A DNA stretch of 63,174 nt, filler included, from Diploschistes diacapsis (GCA_023645945.1; 22 parts of 22 records of this genome joined end to end with filler, not necessarily neighbours in it), one strand, 5' to 3'; positions 1 to 12,735 are shown, counted from the first letter of the whole stretch. The notes: generated by a model not told the origin, from the letters alone. Program-made: numbers and translations.

Positions 1-415
1 TTTCATAGCTGATCGGGCCTAATTTAATCACTCCTTATATATAATCTAATTATAATAATACTGATTACGTAATAAATAAAAAACCTTAAAAATTATTTTA
101 CCCTCTATAGATAGAACGGGAAAACGGTAATTTTATTTATCTATTAATTTATTCCGCTAGAGAATAGTTAATTATATAAAAACGCGCCATAATTCTTATA
201 AATCGAAATATATTCATTTTTATAAACATTTTTAACGATTATTCGAAATTAATTTATATTCGTTTACCTCTATTATTAGATAATAATCTTTTTAGAAATT
301 AATACAGACTTATAACCGATCTACTTCTTCTTCTTCCATACTCCTCTTCTACTAGAGACCAAACCCACCTTAATCAATACCTCGTGTCTACGTTGTAGAG
401 ATAGAGATCATAACA
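1..415 (+). mobile_element. LTR family A (about 455 bp, TGTTACGATCC...GATCATAACA), 5'-truncated copy
   Basis: Aligns by eye with the full copies at 46940-47393 and 49038-49495; ends in AGAGATAGAGATCATAACA. Confidence 0.8.
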
Positions 416-434
416 CATCTGAAGAAAAAGATAG

Positions 435-749
435 TAAAATAAATCAACTTAAACGCCTGCCAAGCTATCGAGATCATATAACGACAGGATCACATAATGG
501 TAGGATTACATAACAGATATTAACCGTGCCAAGGATGTTAGGGGATGGCTATGTAAACAGGTAGGACCCGAACCCTATAGGGCTGGTACCTACATACTAT
601 TTATTCCTGCTACCTTCCTATTTAAATAATTTCTTCTCTAACTTTTCGAATCGAGACCTTTTACCTACAGATATTTAGCTACGCGTAATCCTTCCGGATC
701 AGGCCCAGCCCCCGGTAGTGTAGTATTCCATTCCTGCGCTAGCGTTTCA
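435..749 (+). mobile_element. LTR family E (TGAGACAG...GCGCTGGCGTTTCA), RIP-damaged, preceded by a purine tract
   Basis: Shares CCTTCCGGATCAGGCCCAGCCCCCGGTAG and the end motif with 44857-45258, 51305-51601 and 55030-55329. Confidence 0.75.
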
Positions 750-1159
750 TATCCCTAATAAAGATATTATACTTTCGAGTAATATAACAGCGTTATCCTA
801 AGCATCGTAATCTTTAATTAACGATTATTTCGAAATCCTGCCTTATATAACCTTTTATCCCGACAATCCAAAAAACAACAACATATCCTAAATATAAAAA
901 ACCAGAACCCGATCTTTTCAGCATAACGTGTATGATCTAAATAGATATTCCTTCCGCTAACTTTGACTCGTCGTCTTCGAGTAGGAGTCAAGTATCTAGA
1001 CAGATGTAACTGATCGGTAAGTTCAGGTTCAGTTTATCTGAACCTTCTACATCGTGTTGACAGATTGAATATATTGCTAGCTCTTTTGTTCGTCGGGTAG
1101 CAATGCTGCAAGTGATTGTTAAAAGCGTGACCCGCTTGTTGTACAAGATTATCCTCCAT

Positions 1160-1798
1160 CTTATTACCTTTTTTGATCGAATAAGTTCAGCATTAATTCA
1201 ACCGAACTTTCGATGATTGTCGAAAAAGATCGAGTTGTTTCAACGATAGGTATAATTGAATCTCGATTATTGTCGAAAGGTCGAATAAATCCAGCGGCAG
1301 AAATAACGTTTCGGTTAGATTTCGAAATTAACGAGATATCGATTAAGTTCAACGATGATAGAACTGAATGTCGATATTGACGAAGATATCGAGATGGTTT
1401 AATATGGTTTAGCTGATTCTCGATAATAAATAAGGTCGAAAGGGTCTAATAGCGAAGATAATGATTCTACTATGTTTCGAGGATTGACAAGAGATTCGAC
1501 TAGGTTCAGTAGAGAAGGTAGCGGCTCTATTAGGTATCGAAGGTTGTTAAGATGATCGATAAAATTCAGCGTAGGTTCAGCTGAACTTCGATATTATCGA
1601 GGAATTATATTAGGTTTAATAACGAAAGTAATAATATTATTAATTGTCGAAAATTAACGAAGAAGATTGATAGAATTCAACAATGATTTAACTAAACTTC
1701 GATCGTTAACGAAGGAAAAGAAGGAATCGGAAGTTTTTTCATGGCCTATATAGACGAATCTGGATCTAAGTACTTCTTATTTTAATATACCTTATATC
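1160..1798 (-). repeat. Internal tandem-repeat region (40-60 nt units) of the Copia-LTR family B non-autonomous element
   Basis: Reverse complement of the repeats at 10020-10420; also present at 41120-41700 and 47900-48121. Confidence 0.7.
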
Positions 1799-1898
1799 NN
1801 NNNNNNNNNNNNNNNNNNNNNNNNNNNNNNNNNNNNNNNNNNTTAATTAATTAANNNNNNNNNNNNNNNNNNNNNNNNNNNNNNNNNNNNNNNNNNNN
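1799..1898. other. Artificial contig linker N44-TTAATTAATTAA-N44, first of 21 (others start at 3695, 5588, 7481, 9373, 11265, 13156, 36799, 38689, 40579, 42465, 44351, 46237, 48122, 50006, 51890, 53772, 55654, 57536, 59417, 61296)
   Basis: Identical 100-nt spacer with stop codons in all six frames. The flanking small contigs fall steadily in length from 1798 to 1779 nt. Confidence 0.98.
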
Positions 1899-2597
1899 TT
1901 TGAAATATTACTATTAGGTGGCTCATCTATCATACTCGAAAAGTGCAGATTGATTATGGCAACAGTTATTTCTTTAAAGCGAATTGAAAATAACGACTCG
2001 AAACCACCTATTATTTTATCTTTCAAAATCGCTCATAGAGCAGCCAGGAATATTTTTTTAAAATGTATCATTATAAGCAGTTTCATGCGTGGATTTTAAT
2101 AAAAATATAAAAAAAACGTTTTTCGACGTTATATCGTGGTTGTGTAACGGTTTTCACCATTTTTCTGTCATTTTAGACTAAACGAAAAGTTAGCCTTCGC
2201 CTACCAAAATTCTTTAAATCTACTGATTTCAAAGAATAAGATCACATAACGACAATATAACGTCCAAAAAACCTTTTTTTTATATTTTTATTGAAATCCA
2301 GACATGAAATTGCTTATAATGATATATTTAAAAAAAATATTCTTGGCTGCTCTATGAGCGATTTTGAAAGATAAAATAATAGGTGGTTTCGAGTCGTTAT
2401 TTTCAATTCGCTTTTAAATATATCTGTTGACATAATCAATCTGCACTTTTCGAGTATGATAGATGAGCCACCTAATAGTAATATTTCGAAAAAAATCAAA
2501 AATAACAATTTAATTCGAAGAGTTGTTAAGGATTTAAAATATTTCTTGGCAAAAGTGGCCCAGATGGGGGGGTGGCCCAACTCCCCGTGAAACACGT
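1899..2597. mobile_element. Foldback (long-TIR) pogo/Fot1-type non-autonomous element; left end cut by the contig break
   Basis: About 250-bp near-perfect inverted repeat (1899-2146 vs 2241-2490). The right terminus ...CCCCGTGAAACACGT|TA matches the family F terminal inverted repeat (TIR). Confidence 0.75.
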
Positions 2598-2599
2598 TA

Positions 2600-2958
2600 T
2601 GTCTAAAAATAAAAATCGTACGAAGGAGGTCGGATTGCGCGTACGACGTTATGGCAAGTGTAATTAGTTCGGGTATAATGCGCGAATTTACGTAATAGAA
2701 TCTATAGCTTCTAAGGAAGATACTAATAATTAATATAATAAATTATCGTACGAATTAATTGCGCAAATGTAGTTGCAACTCGTACGAATCGAGAAGGGTG
2801 TCTGCTCGCTATGAGTGTCCGCTCGCTATGCATATACGTTATTAATAATTAATATAATAAATTATCGTACGAATTAATTGCATATATATAATTATAACTC
2901 GTACGAATCGACAAGGATGTCCGTTTGCTATAAGTGTCCGCCCACTATGTATATACGT
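2600..2958 (+). mobile_element. Fot1/Pot2-like transposon family G 3' end, with the terminal ~120 bp tandemly duplicated
   Basis: CGACGTTATGGCAAGTGTAATTAGTTCGGGTATAATGCGCGA is a RIP-ed RRCGKCNxxGHNART CCHC knuckle. TIR ...GCTCGCTATGCATATACGT|TA ends at 2839; a second copy ends at 2958. Confidence 0.75.
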
Positions 2959-2959
2959 T

Positions 2960-3459
2960 AGCTCTTTGTTAAATATTATCGAACTGCGAAAGGTTAATAA
3001 AGAGTTTAATTAAACGTTGCGAGTTATTTTAGAATTAATTAACCCGATTCGACGTTATTCCACTCGAATAACCCGTATGTTTAAATCGACGTATATTAAG
3101 TTTATAAGGCTTCGTAAAGAAAACCGAGAACGAATAACACATCTTAAAAATCGTAAAAAACGTAAATTAAATAAACCAATCGAATTAAAAGCTCGTTTTA
3201 TATTTTTTATAAACGAAATTTTTAAAATAATAATTCGGGTTAAATCGAGTCGAATAATTTTAAAACGACCTATAACGCGTAAAAATTGTCGTCGCGTTTT
3301 TAAAATCGAGAAGGGTAAAGAGGAAGAAGATATATTCGATTTAAAGCGATTAGATTCTGATTGCGACGAAGAAGTTGTATTTAAAAACCGTAGAATGTTG
3401 GCGGTAGTGATTTGAGATGGGCGGAATCTGGGGGTGGCCGGAATCCCCGTGAAACACGT
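2960..3459 (+). mobile_element. pogo/Fot1-like transposon family F, transposase C-terminal remnant plus 3' TIR
   Basis: ORF 3017-3415 (LRKENRE..RKKRK..ELKARFIF, acidic tail) recurs at 46337-46905 and inverted at 56663-57535. TIR ends ACGT|TA. Confidence 0.75.
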
Positions 3460-4479
3460 TATGTACGAATAAATCCTTGATAGAAATTATAGAACCTTAA
3501 AAAGATTGGTATTTCTTAAAAAATAATAAACGTAGGTCACTCGATTACGTTCAACATTTTAATAAAATCCATTTTAATCTTTTCGGGCGAAATAATATAG
3601 CCTAAGAACTCGAGCTTATATATAAAAAACTCGCATTTTTTATAATTCGTATAGAGTTCCGAATTATATAATTTTTCGAGCATAAGCCGGAGATNNNNNN
3701 NNNNNNNNNNNNNNNNNNNNNNNNNNNNNNNNNNNNNNTTAATTAATTAANNNNNNNNNNNNNNNNNNNNNNNNNNNNNNNNNNNNNNNNNNNNGCTATA
3801 GAATGCCAAATAATTATTATTTAGTTACTTGAATCATAATATTATTTCTTTCCTTCAATTTTGTCGACCCGACAAGCACCGAAAAATAAATATAAATATT
3901 AAATAAAAGGATAGCGATTTCTCCTTTATCTTCGAAATAAACGAAACGTCTAAATTCCATCATTCGTTTTCAAAGTTTTTAAGATATATTACCTTATAAT
4001 CATTATCTGTTTTTCTCACGATTACATTAGGATATTATTTATTACCGTTAAATTCGCTCGCTGTATTAAGTCTAATAAAAAGGATTGCATTTCTATTAAT
4101 AAAAAATAATTAAACGAACTATTCTTTCAAAAAAGGACGAGATCGAAAAGGATAAAAAACTTATTAACGAGGATAATATGCAAAAAAAAAAACTAAAAAA
4201 GTAATTCTATGAAATTAAAGATCGTCGTTTTTAACGCAAACGTCGCATTCGCCGTAATCGTAAGATTTTTAAACTAACGAAAGGTCGTGCCGACGCATAA
4301 ACGCGTTATTTAACGAAAGAATTAGATCTAGAATCGTCCGAGGCGTATATCAATACTTAAAAAGGTTTGTTAACGAAGTTTAATTTAGAATTGTCAGAAC
4401 TAGCGGCGATATCGCTTAATCAATTAAACTAGGTTCTAAGGGACGAAACCTCTACCCCGCCAGGTTAATTCCTGAAAAT

Positions 4480-5160
4480 ACGGATGTCAAGATAATCCGT
4501 TTGTTCTAATAAACCTCCGATATTCTTTAATTTTGTTTCGGTAATTGTTTAAATTTAACAGAGGTTCCTAGGTGTTCTGATCTAACGGATATCCTTTCCA
4601 CTTAATAAGGAATCCTTCAAGACCATTATCCAGAATCTTCTCGATTTCGTATTCGTTTTTATTATTTAATTCGAAATAGAAGATTTCTTTTAATAATGTA
4701 TCTAAATATATAGGTTCGAGGTATCGGAAATAAAACATTAGATAAACTTTCGCGTTTCTTAATAATTTGAATCGATAATTAACTCGTTTAGTTTCGTCCG
4801 GTATGACGGGTTGTTTATCGATTAAAAAGGATCCGACTTTAACATGATAAAGCTTTTTAAAGGGTCTACGTGTTCTAAAATTATTTATGTATAGATAGAC
4901 CTTATTCTCCTTTTTTAACTAAAGATTTTTTCTTAAAGTAATAATTTTTCTGACATCATTCAGTATCTCGTTATTAAGTGATTACGTGTATTAAATCTTT
5001 TTAACTCCTTTATATCTGTTATTTAGGCAGTACTCGGCTTATGGTAGCAGTTTACCCAATTATTTATATTTTAATTGACGTAGTGCCGTAAATACTGTTT
5101 AAGAGTTTAATTTATTCTTTTTATCTGACCGTCTATTATAAATAGTAAGCATTCATTCGT
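4480..5160 (-). mobile_element. Ty3/Gypsy chromovirus integrase C-terminus plus chromodomain (pseudogene)
   Basis: Minus strand reads YEIEKILDNGLEGFLIKWKGYPLDQNT*EPL, with TLKQYLRHYVN upstream. Confidence 0.8.
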
Positions 5161-5687
5161 TACTGAAATAGAACATGTCTTAAGGAGATTTAGATCCTTT
5201 CTTGGGACTTCGACTGATATCCTACCGACGAAATACTTGACAAACGCCCCCCAGGGCAACAGCGGAAAGATGGCAGCGATGCAACGAGAAGGAGGAAAGT
5301 CGCGTCGCGACGCGTCTCATCCCTAGCAAAACCGCGCAAACGGGCCGGCGGAGAACTCGAACGCAAAAAACAAATTAAAAAACGTAATATAAATAATTAA
5401 AACATACGTAAAAATAAAGCAAAACGAAAGATTAATATAATTCTAAATTATAATAATAGAAACAATACGCGAGAACGGCGCCGACGCGTCAGAACTTAAT
5501 TATAAAAAAAACGCGTCGAAATTAAAAAAAAATTAAACACGATTAAAAAAAATATAAAAACGATATAAAAAATAATAAAAAATAAAGNNNNNNNNNNNNN
5601 NNNNNNNNNNNNNNNNNNNNNNNNNNNNNNNTTAATTAATTAANNNNNNNNNNNNNNNNNNNNNNNNNNNNNNNNNNNNNNNNNNNN

Positions 5688-6020
5688 GTTTCTTTAAAGG
5701 TTCTACTATCGTTGTATAATAGGGTACGTATTTGCGTATATAATCTATTAAATTAATATAATATTCTAGCTGAGTTAAGTTTTTTAAAAAATTAAGTTCC
5801 GTAATGGTTTTAAGTTTGTTCGTAGATGTGATTAGGTTTAATTTATTAATTTTTTATCTTAATAGCTGGACGGAAGGAAAATTAATGTAATTCTTTTTCG
5901 GGGTTAACGTGATGTTAATGCCGTTAAGCTTGATAAAGATTTGATAGAGGTAATCGAGATGTTCGGCGAAGTTAGCGTTATGAATCATAATATTATTTTG
6001 ATACGCTCGATAGAAAGCTT
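5688..6020 (-). mobile_element. Ty3/Gypsy reverse transcriptase remnant (RIP-ed)
   Basis: Minus strand reads FYRAYQNNIMIH (decayed YxDD), FPSVQLL, QLEYY..LIDYIRKYVPYY..IVEPL. Confidence 0.75.
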
Positions 6021-6057
6021 TTAAATTACGAAATAAGTTATCTATCTGGCGCTGGAC

Positions 6058-6512
6058 TGTTATGATCTCTATCTCTACAAGGTAGACACAAGGTATAGAT
6101 CAAGGTGGGTTTGGTCTCGTTTAGAAGAGGAGTGCAAGCAGAAAAAGAAGGTAGAGCAGTCACAAGTTAGACTGTTTCTAGAAAGGAATCTTTCTAATAA
6201 TAAAAATAACGAATATAGATTGATCCCGAACAATAACTTAAGATATCTATAAAAATAAACACGTCCTAAATTTATAAAGGCTATAACGACATTCCTATAT
6301 AACCAACAACTCCCTTAATAAAATAGATGAATAAATAAACAGAATTACCGTTCTCCCTTTCTACCCACGACTAAATAAAATAATTTTCAAAACCTTTTAC
6401 TCGTCACGTGACCCGTGTCACCCTGATTGGACTATATACAAGGAATGGCTGGGAAATGCCCGACTAGCTATTACGTGCCAAGTACTGCCGAACAGTACCT
6501 TGGATCGTAACA
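6058..6512 (-). mobile_element. LTR family A, complete copy
   Basis: Plus strand runs TGTTATGATC...GGATCGTAACA, the reverse complement of the family A consensus. Confidence 0.8.
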
Positions 6513-6519
6513 TTTCTTA

Positions 6520-6897
6520 AGATTAACGAATAATTAAAATTTTCGAAGTTTATTAAGAATAAATCGAAGATATTCCGTATGCTTCTCGGTATTATTCGAG
6601 AATATAAGAATATCGTTTAAATATATTATATAAATGATATTAATTAATTTTGTTAGTATACGGTGGATATATGTTTAGAAGATCGTTAGGGCGTTAATTA
6701 ACCCGAATGGTATTATTATGTATTTAAAATGACCGTATCGAGTGCGAAACGCTGTTTTCTATTTATCTCCTCGTTTGATCCGAATCCTGTAGTACGCGTT
6801 CTTCAGGTCCAGTTTTGAATAAATCTTGGTTCCATTCAGACGATCGAGCGTTTCGCTGATGAGGGTTAAAGGGTATCTATTCTTTTTTGTTATTTTG
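6520..6897 (-). mobile_element. Ty3/Gypsy reverse transcriptase remnant (second family)
   Basis: [64 protein letters not shown]...IYLNDILIFS. Confidence 0.9.
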
Positions 6898-7650
6898 GTA
6901 GCTGCGCTTCTAGCCTAGCTAGATGTTGTTCGAAAGAATGTACCGACTGGGTTGTTTTTTGCTGGGTATTTGCGTATTTTTGGGTAGTTTCGAGTTCACG
7001 ATTTTTTGGGTCCTTCATACGATCTAATAAGTAGCGTTTGAAATATTTTTAATTAATAATTTTATAATTGATATTTAGTTTATACGTAAATCACGATTGT
7101 TTTAAGTTATTTTGTAGCGATTGTATGGCGAAACGGATTTTTCTTTCTTTAGATTGGAAGTAATTAAGGGATAGCGTAAGGAAGTTATTAGCGGTTTAAA
7201 ACTATTCTTGGTATTTTCGGATAGATTTTTTTTAATAATTTGGGAGTTTTTTAGGCTTGAAATAACGGTTTTTAATATTTTGATGATTTTTACTCGCTAG
7301 TCGCTTGCGAATTAGCGGCGTCGCGCTGGCGTTTGGTTGAATGTTAGCGTCGGAGAGTCTTTCGTTAATTTTTAATCGTTTAACATCGTTTTCGATGCGT
7401 TTTAAACGTTTTTTGGATTGTAATATCTTTTTCTTTATTTTTAGTACTTTTATTCGTTCTTGTAATCGGATATTTTTTATNNNNNNNNNNNNNNNNNNNN
7501 NNNNNNNNNNNNNNNNNNNNNNNNTTAATTAATTAANNNNNNNNNNNNNNNNNNNNNNNNNNNNNNNNNNNNNNNNNNNNACCGTATTAATTATCGAAAA
7601 ACTTATTTTAATATATAAATACACGACATGATTCTAAAATAAATTAATCC

Positions 7651-7876
7651 GGGCTTATAACCTATTAAATAATGTAATAAATATATTAAAATTTAAAAGT
7701 TTAATCTATAAAGATATCCTACTACGCAGATTTTATATCCTACGAAATGTGCTAACCTTTACTATTTATTACTGCCGAATCGGTCTAGTCAGAATTTCAA
7801 GAGATTCTGTTGAACTGAACCTCCCTCTGGAACTCAGTCGAACTCCCAGCCATGCCTTCTGCCTGTCTGCTCAACA
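7651..7876 (-). mobile_element. Copia LTR family B 5' LTR plus primer-binding site (PBS)
   Basis: The LTR starts TGTTGAGCAGACAGGCAGAAGGCATGG and is followed by GGTTATAAGCCC, a RIP-ed form of the Copia-type PBS GGTTATGAGCCC. Confidence 0.75.
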
Positions 7877-8320
7877 GATCTTATAAAAAGTGTGTTAGAA
7901 TAATCCAGCCCCAGGCGGCACAATCAATCATTCGTTAATATTTATCTCAAAGTTTTTAAAATTGATTAATATTACTACCGCGAAAAATTAATCAACATCA
8001 TTATTTTTCAGGTTTCGGTGGTTTTGCTAATTTCGTTAACTCGTTAATTTCGCCCAGTTTACCGGTTTCGTCTTTGTTTCACTGCGTTTCATTGAAAAGT
8101 TCAAACGAAATGCGGTAAGTCGCTTGAACATATTATTTATTATTGGTTTCTTTAGTTTCTTTAGTTTCGCATACTATATAGCTTTTCGCGCGTTTTCGCC
8201 GCCAAAAACTTTTCATGATATAGACTAGTTTCAAACGTCCTAGAATATTCAAGTCCTAGTAATGACTAAATCAGACAGAATGCGCTATTTGGCTTAATAA
8301 TGTCACAATCATCGTTAATA

Positions 8321-8530
8321 ACGTGTTCCACCACGAAACGGAACACACCACCATGTAGAACATTATATTATAATATAATTATGCTAGATCGAGCGCTTCC
8401 ATATTTGTACGAAGCTAAATCTATTTTCAATTGCACTACCCCATTCTTCGGCCTTTAAGAAATACCTTTTACGAACGTGCAGGGATTGTGTTCCGCTTGA
8501 TGGTATGTTCCGTTTCGTGGTTAAACACGT
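8321..8530. mobile_element. 210-bp pogo-type MITE (family H) with TA target-site duplication
   Basis: About 30-bp TIRs ACGTGTTYMACCACGAAACGGAACAYACCA with TA on both sides. The left end recurs at 56045. Confidence 0.8.
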
Positions 8531-9472
8531 TAATATTGATTATTGATTCTTTAACTAACCAGGCTAGGCAGTTTAAAAATCATTTGTTATTTAAGCTTAT
8601 TTCAGCTAACGTGATGCCCCTAGTACCCGAACAGATCCTAATAACGGAACATCCATAAACGCTTTTTACACCCAAAATGGCGTCCTCTTTTTCCTCCATT
8701 GTAAGCTCCATATGTTTTTATTGTTTTTGTTAATTTAAATCTAAATACACTCGATGGTGGGGGATATTTTCATCGAAGCGATAACTCGATCCCTTTCGCT
8801 ATCATTTTATTAAATCGTTTGACGCAACGGCATCTTTTATTTTCTTCGACGTTAAACTTGATGGCCATTCTAGAAAATCTGTTAATTATTAAGTAAAAAA
8901 TATATCTTTACGAAATATATAAAGCGTTTATAAACCGAAGGAATTTTATTATTATCGTAATAATTAAAATTTCAACGGCGGAAATCTAAAATGCCGCCGA
9001 AACGGATAATTAACGTTAATTAAGCCGTTATTAGCCTAACGATTCTTGAAGGAGTATTTAGAGTTGAATACAGCCTAAAATAGTTTTCTTTTAAGTAATA
9101 GATCCGACGTCGCGGCGTCGGAGGTTTTGCGTCCGTTTCTAGAGCGCCTTTATAAGCTTTTCGATTCCGAAAGCGCTTTTAGATTAAGTTCACCGCAGGT
9201 TTAAAAGATTTTAATTATAAACGATTACGAGAATAAATATTCGCTATCGTTTTGAATTAAATACCGAATAAAAGAATTTTAAGGATATATTTATTAACGT
9301 ATATTTTTACGTCTTTTAATTTTTAAATAACGTGTTTCAAGGTCATCTGGGCCACTCCTCCATCTCTGTCTCNNNNNNNNNNNNNNNNNNNNNNNNNNNN
9401 NNNNNNNNNNNNNNNNTTAATTAATTAANNNNNNNNNNNNNNNNNNNNNNNNNNNNNNNNNNNNNNNNNNNN

Positions 9473-10798
9473 ACCCAATTCCGGAAGGTTTAGTCCTGGA
9501 AGTTCAGTTCAGTTAAACTTTTCTGAATCTGCTGGGATTTTGGCTAGATCGATTCAGGAATAATAAAAATAATAAAATTTAACGCGTATCGTAGAAAATA
9601 AAAGTTTATATAATAAAATTACTTTTTAGGATAAGATTTCTAGACTTTAATATATTTATTACGTTATTAAATAGATTATAAGCCCGGGTTTTATATTTAT
9701 TTTATTTAATTATTTCGTATGATTATATATTAGAAATAAATCTTTCTAATAATTAAAACGGTCACGAACGCGGGTACCGATTACGTTAATCTTAATAATC
9801 TAAATCGAAAAAATCCGAAACTTTAAGATCTAAATTATAAAACCCTAGGATAAATAAATTTAAAATAGAAAATATATTATTATAAAAGATCGCGGGATTT
9901 TATTACGTTAACTAAAAGTAAACCTAAATAAGAAGTATTTAGTTCCCGGATTCGTCTGTTAGATTAACGAAAAACGATTTCTTCTCTTTCTTTCCGATAA
10001 GGATCGAAGTTTAATTAAATCTAGTATTGAATCCTATCGATCACCTTGACAACCTTCGACACCTAGCAGAGCCGCTACCTTTTCTATTGAATCTAGTCGA
10101 TTCCTCGATAACCTTCGAAATCTAGTTAAACCGTTACCTTCGCTGCTGGATTTAGTCGAATTTCTCGTCAATCTTCGAAATCCAATAGAACCGTTACTTT
10201 CGCTGTTGGACCTAGTCGATACCCTCGATAATTATCGAGAATTTAATTAAACTTTTGTTGAATTCTTTCGATCTTTCGATAATTATCGATATCTAATCAT
10301 ATCGCCGCTGGATTATCTCGATATTTAATAATCGTCGATATTCAGTTTTATCGTTATTAAACCTTTTCGATATCTTTCGATAATTATCGAAGTTCGATTA
10401 AATTAAACTGAACTTATTCGATTAAAAAAAGAAAAATAAAATAGAGGATAAGTTATTTAATAAACCGGTTGCTTCGTACGAAACTATTAATCTATTAGAA
10501 CTGACCTAGATCAAAAGATCCGGTTAGATTAGACATTCTAGACGGTTCCGCCTGAAAGAGAGTATTGAGCGGACATACAGAAAACATAACAGGCTCGACC
10601 CAATTCCGGAAGGTTCAGTCCTGGAAGTTCAGTTCAGCTGAACTTCCCTGAACCTGCTGGGATTCTGACTAGACCGATTCGGGAGTAGCAAGAACAATAG
10701 GGCTTAGCGCGCACCGTGGAGGATAAAAGTCTGCACAGTAGGATTACTTCCTAGGACAAGACCTCTAGACTTCAATATATCCATTACGTTGCCAAACA
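9473..10798 (+). mobile_element. Non-autonomous Copia-LTR element (TRIM/LARD-like, family B): 5' LTR to 9673, PBS, about 890-bp interior, PPT, 3' LTR 10563-10798
   Basis: Two direct repeats sharing ACCCAATTCCGGAAGGTT...; PBS-like GATTATAAGCCC; polypurine tract (PPT) GAAAGAGAG; no gag/pol motif recognised inside. Confidence 0.75.
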
Positions 10799-10799
10799 A

Positions 10800-11097
10800 A
10801 ATCTACGCATAGAACCGCTTATAATAGCTCATTTAAATAAAATATATTTTGGTTGGTTAAAGCAGATTTTAAAAGATTCAAAAATCCGCTTTTTCGAGTT
10901 TTTATTTTTATTTCGCTTGAATAAAATAACTAATGACGTAATCAATGTGCATTTTTTATATATGATAGATAATTGATTAAAAAGTAATATTCTGAAAAAA
11001 AATAACGATTAATTTCGAAGAATTATTGAAGATTTAAACTATTTCTTGGCAAAAGTGGCCGGAATCTGGGGGTGGCCGGAATCCCCGTGAAACACGT
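10800..11097 (+). mobile_element. Right arm and TIR of the family F foldback-type element
   Basis: Similar to 2330-2597; ends CCCCGTGAAACACGT|TA. Confidence 0.65.
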
Positions 11098-11364
11098 TAA
11101 TTTAAAGGGTTTTATGGATGAAAACTTTTTAACCGATAGGTAAATAAGGTGAATAGTACGTCTAAGGTTTTTTAATTTTATTATCACGCATCGGCCCGAT
11201 AGAAATTTTTTACCGATATACTGTTACGGAGATCAGATTATTACGAAGCGAATTATTAAATAAANNNNNNNNNNNNNNNNNNNNNNNNNNNNNNNNNNNN
11301 NNNNNNNNTTAATTAATTAANNNNNNNNNNNNNNNNNNNNNNNNNNNNNNNNNNNNNNNNNNNN

Positions 11365-11766
11365 GGATTTAGTTAAACGAGACCGTATTAATATTATTTA
11401 TATATTTATAAACAAGATAATTGCCGACGGATTAATAAAATTATTAAATTACGTTAAACACGATATGTTCGTTAAAAAACTTAAATTAATATAAAGGACA
11501 TCCAACTAAATTAAATGAACATGCCGATAATTCCGTTCGTGAGAAAGTATTGAACAGGCAGGTAGAATATATGGCTAGGAAGTTTAACTAAACTTCAGGT
11601 TCAGGTTTAGTTTAGTTAAACCTATTAGGGTTCCTGTTAATCTTAATCGGGAATAATGCAAGTCTATAGGGCTTAATAAATCCTATTGGTATAAAAGCTT
11701 ACATGTAGACTATTCCTTCTAGTTAGATCTCTAGATATCTAGACTTCAATACATGCGTTGCCCAAA
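11365..11766 (+). mobile_element. Ty1/Copia RNase H C-terminus, PPT and family B-type 3' LTR
   Basis: DLVKRDRINIIYIFINKIIADGLIKLL is a RIP-ed MVADGLTK motif. Second copy at 53872-54240. Confidence 0.8.
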
Positions 11767-12735
11767 AGGGATTAATTTATATTCGTTACTTCCATTTTCA
11801 AAACCTTTTTTAGAGATAATCTCAGATCTGTAATTAATCTACTTCTTCTTCTTATCTATACTCCTCTTCTATACGAGACCAAGCCCACCTTGATCAATAC
11901 CTCGTGTCTACCTTGTAGAGATAGAGATCATAACAACCGATCGGGAGTAATACGGGTAATAAGGCTTAGCGAATCCCGTAGGATATAAAAGTCTGTATAA
12001 TAGAATATCTTCATAGCTTAGACCTCTAGACTTTAATATATCCATTACGTTGTCAAACACGATGTCTAGATTTTTCGATAAATAATCCGATATCTAGATT
12101 TTTCGATGAATAATCTTAAATATTATATAACGTAATAGATATATTAAAGTCTAGAAATCTTATTTAGAAGATTATTTTACGATATAGACTTTTATATTCC
12201 ACGAGATTCGTTAAATTTTATTATTTATATTATATCTGTTCGGTTTAGTCAGGATTCCACCGGATTCTATAAGATTCAGCTGAATTGAACTAAACTAAAC
12301 CTCGATAAGTTTACCTGAACTGAACTTCCCGGGTTCCTCCAGTGAACCTCCCAGAACAAGCCGAGCTCATAGCCATGCCTTCCGTCTGCCTGCTCAACAT
12401 TAAAGCTGGATTTCTGGCTAAATAATCCTAAGTGTGGATGTATGCTGAAAAAAGTTGAAAAATGTTTCAATATTTATTAAGGATCTCCATCGATCGTTCA
12501 AGTGAATAGGTCGAATTTTTTAATTAGGTTGCTTTCCTAATTAGGCCTAGTCGCGTAATTTTGCAAGGATATTTTGATCGCTGATTCGCCCATTTTCTGA
12601 ATCGGGTATAGTCGATTTTCTGTTTGGGCCTAGTCGCTTTATTTAATTGGATTTTATCCAATTAAATTTCAGGTAGTTGATCTCGCTGTAGAATTCTTCG
12701 TAATCCAGTTGCCTAATTAAATAGTCGCGTATTCC

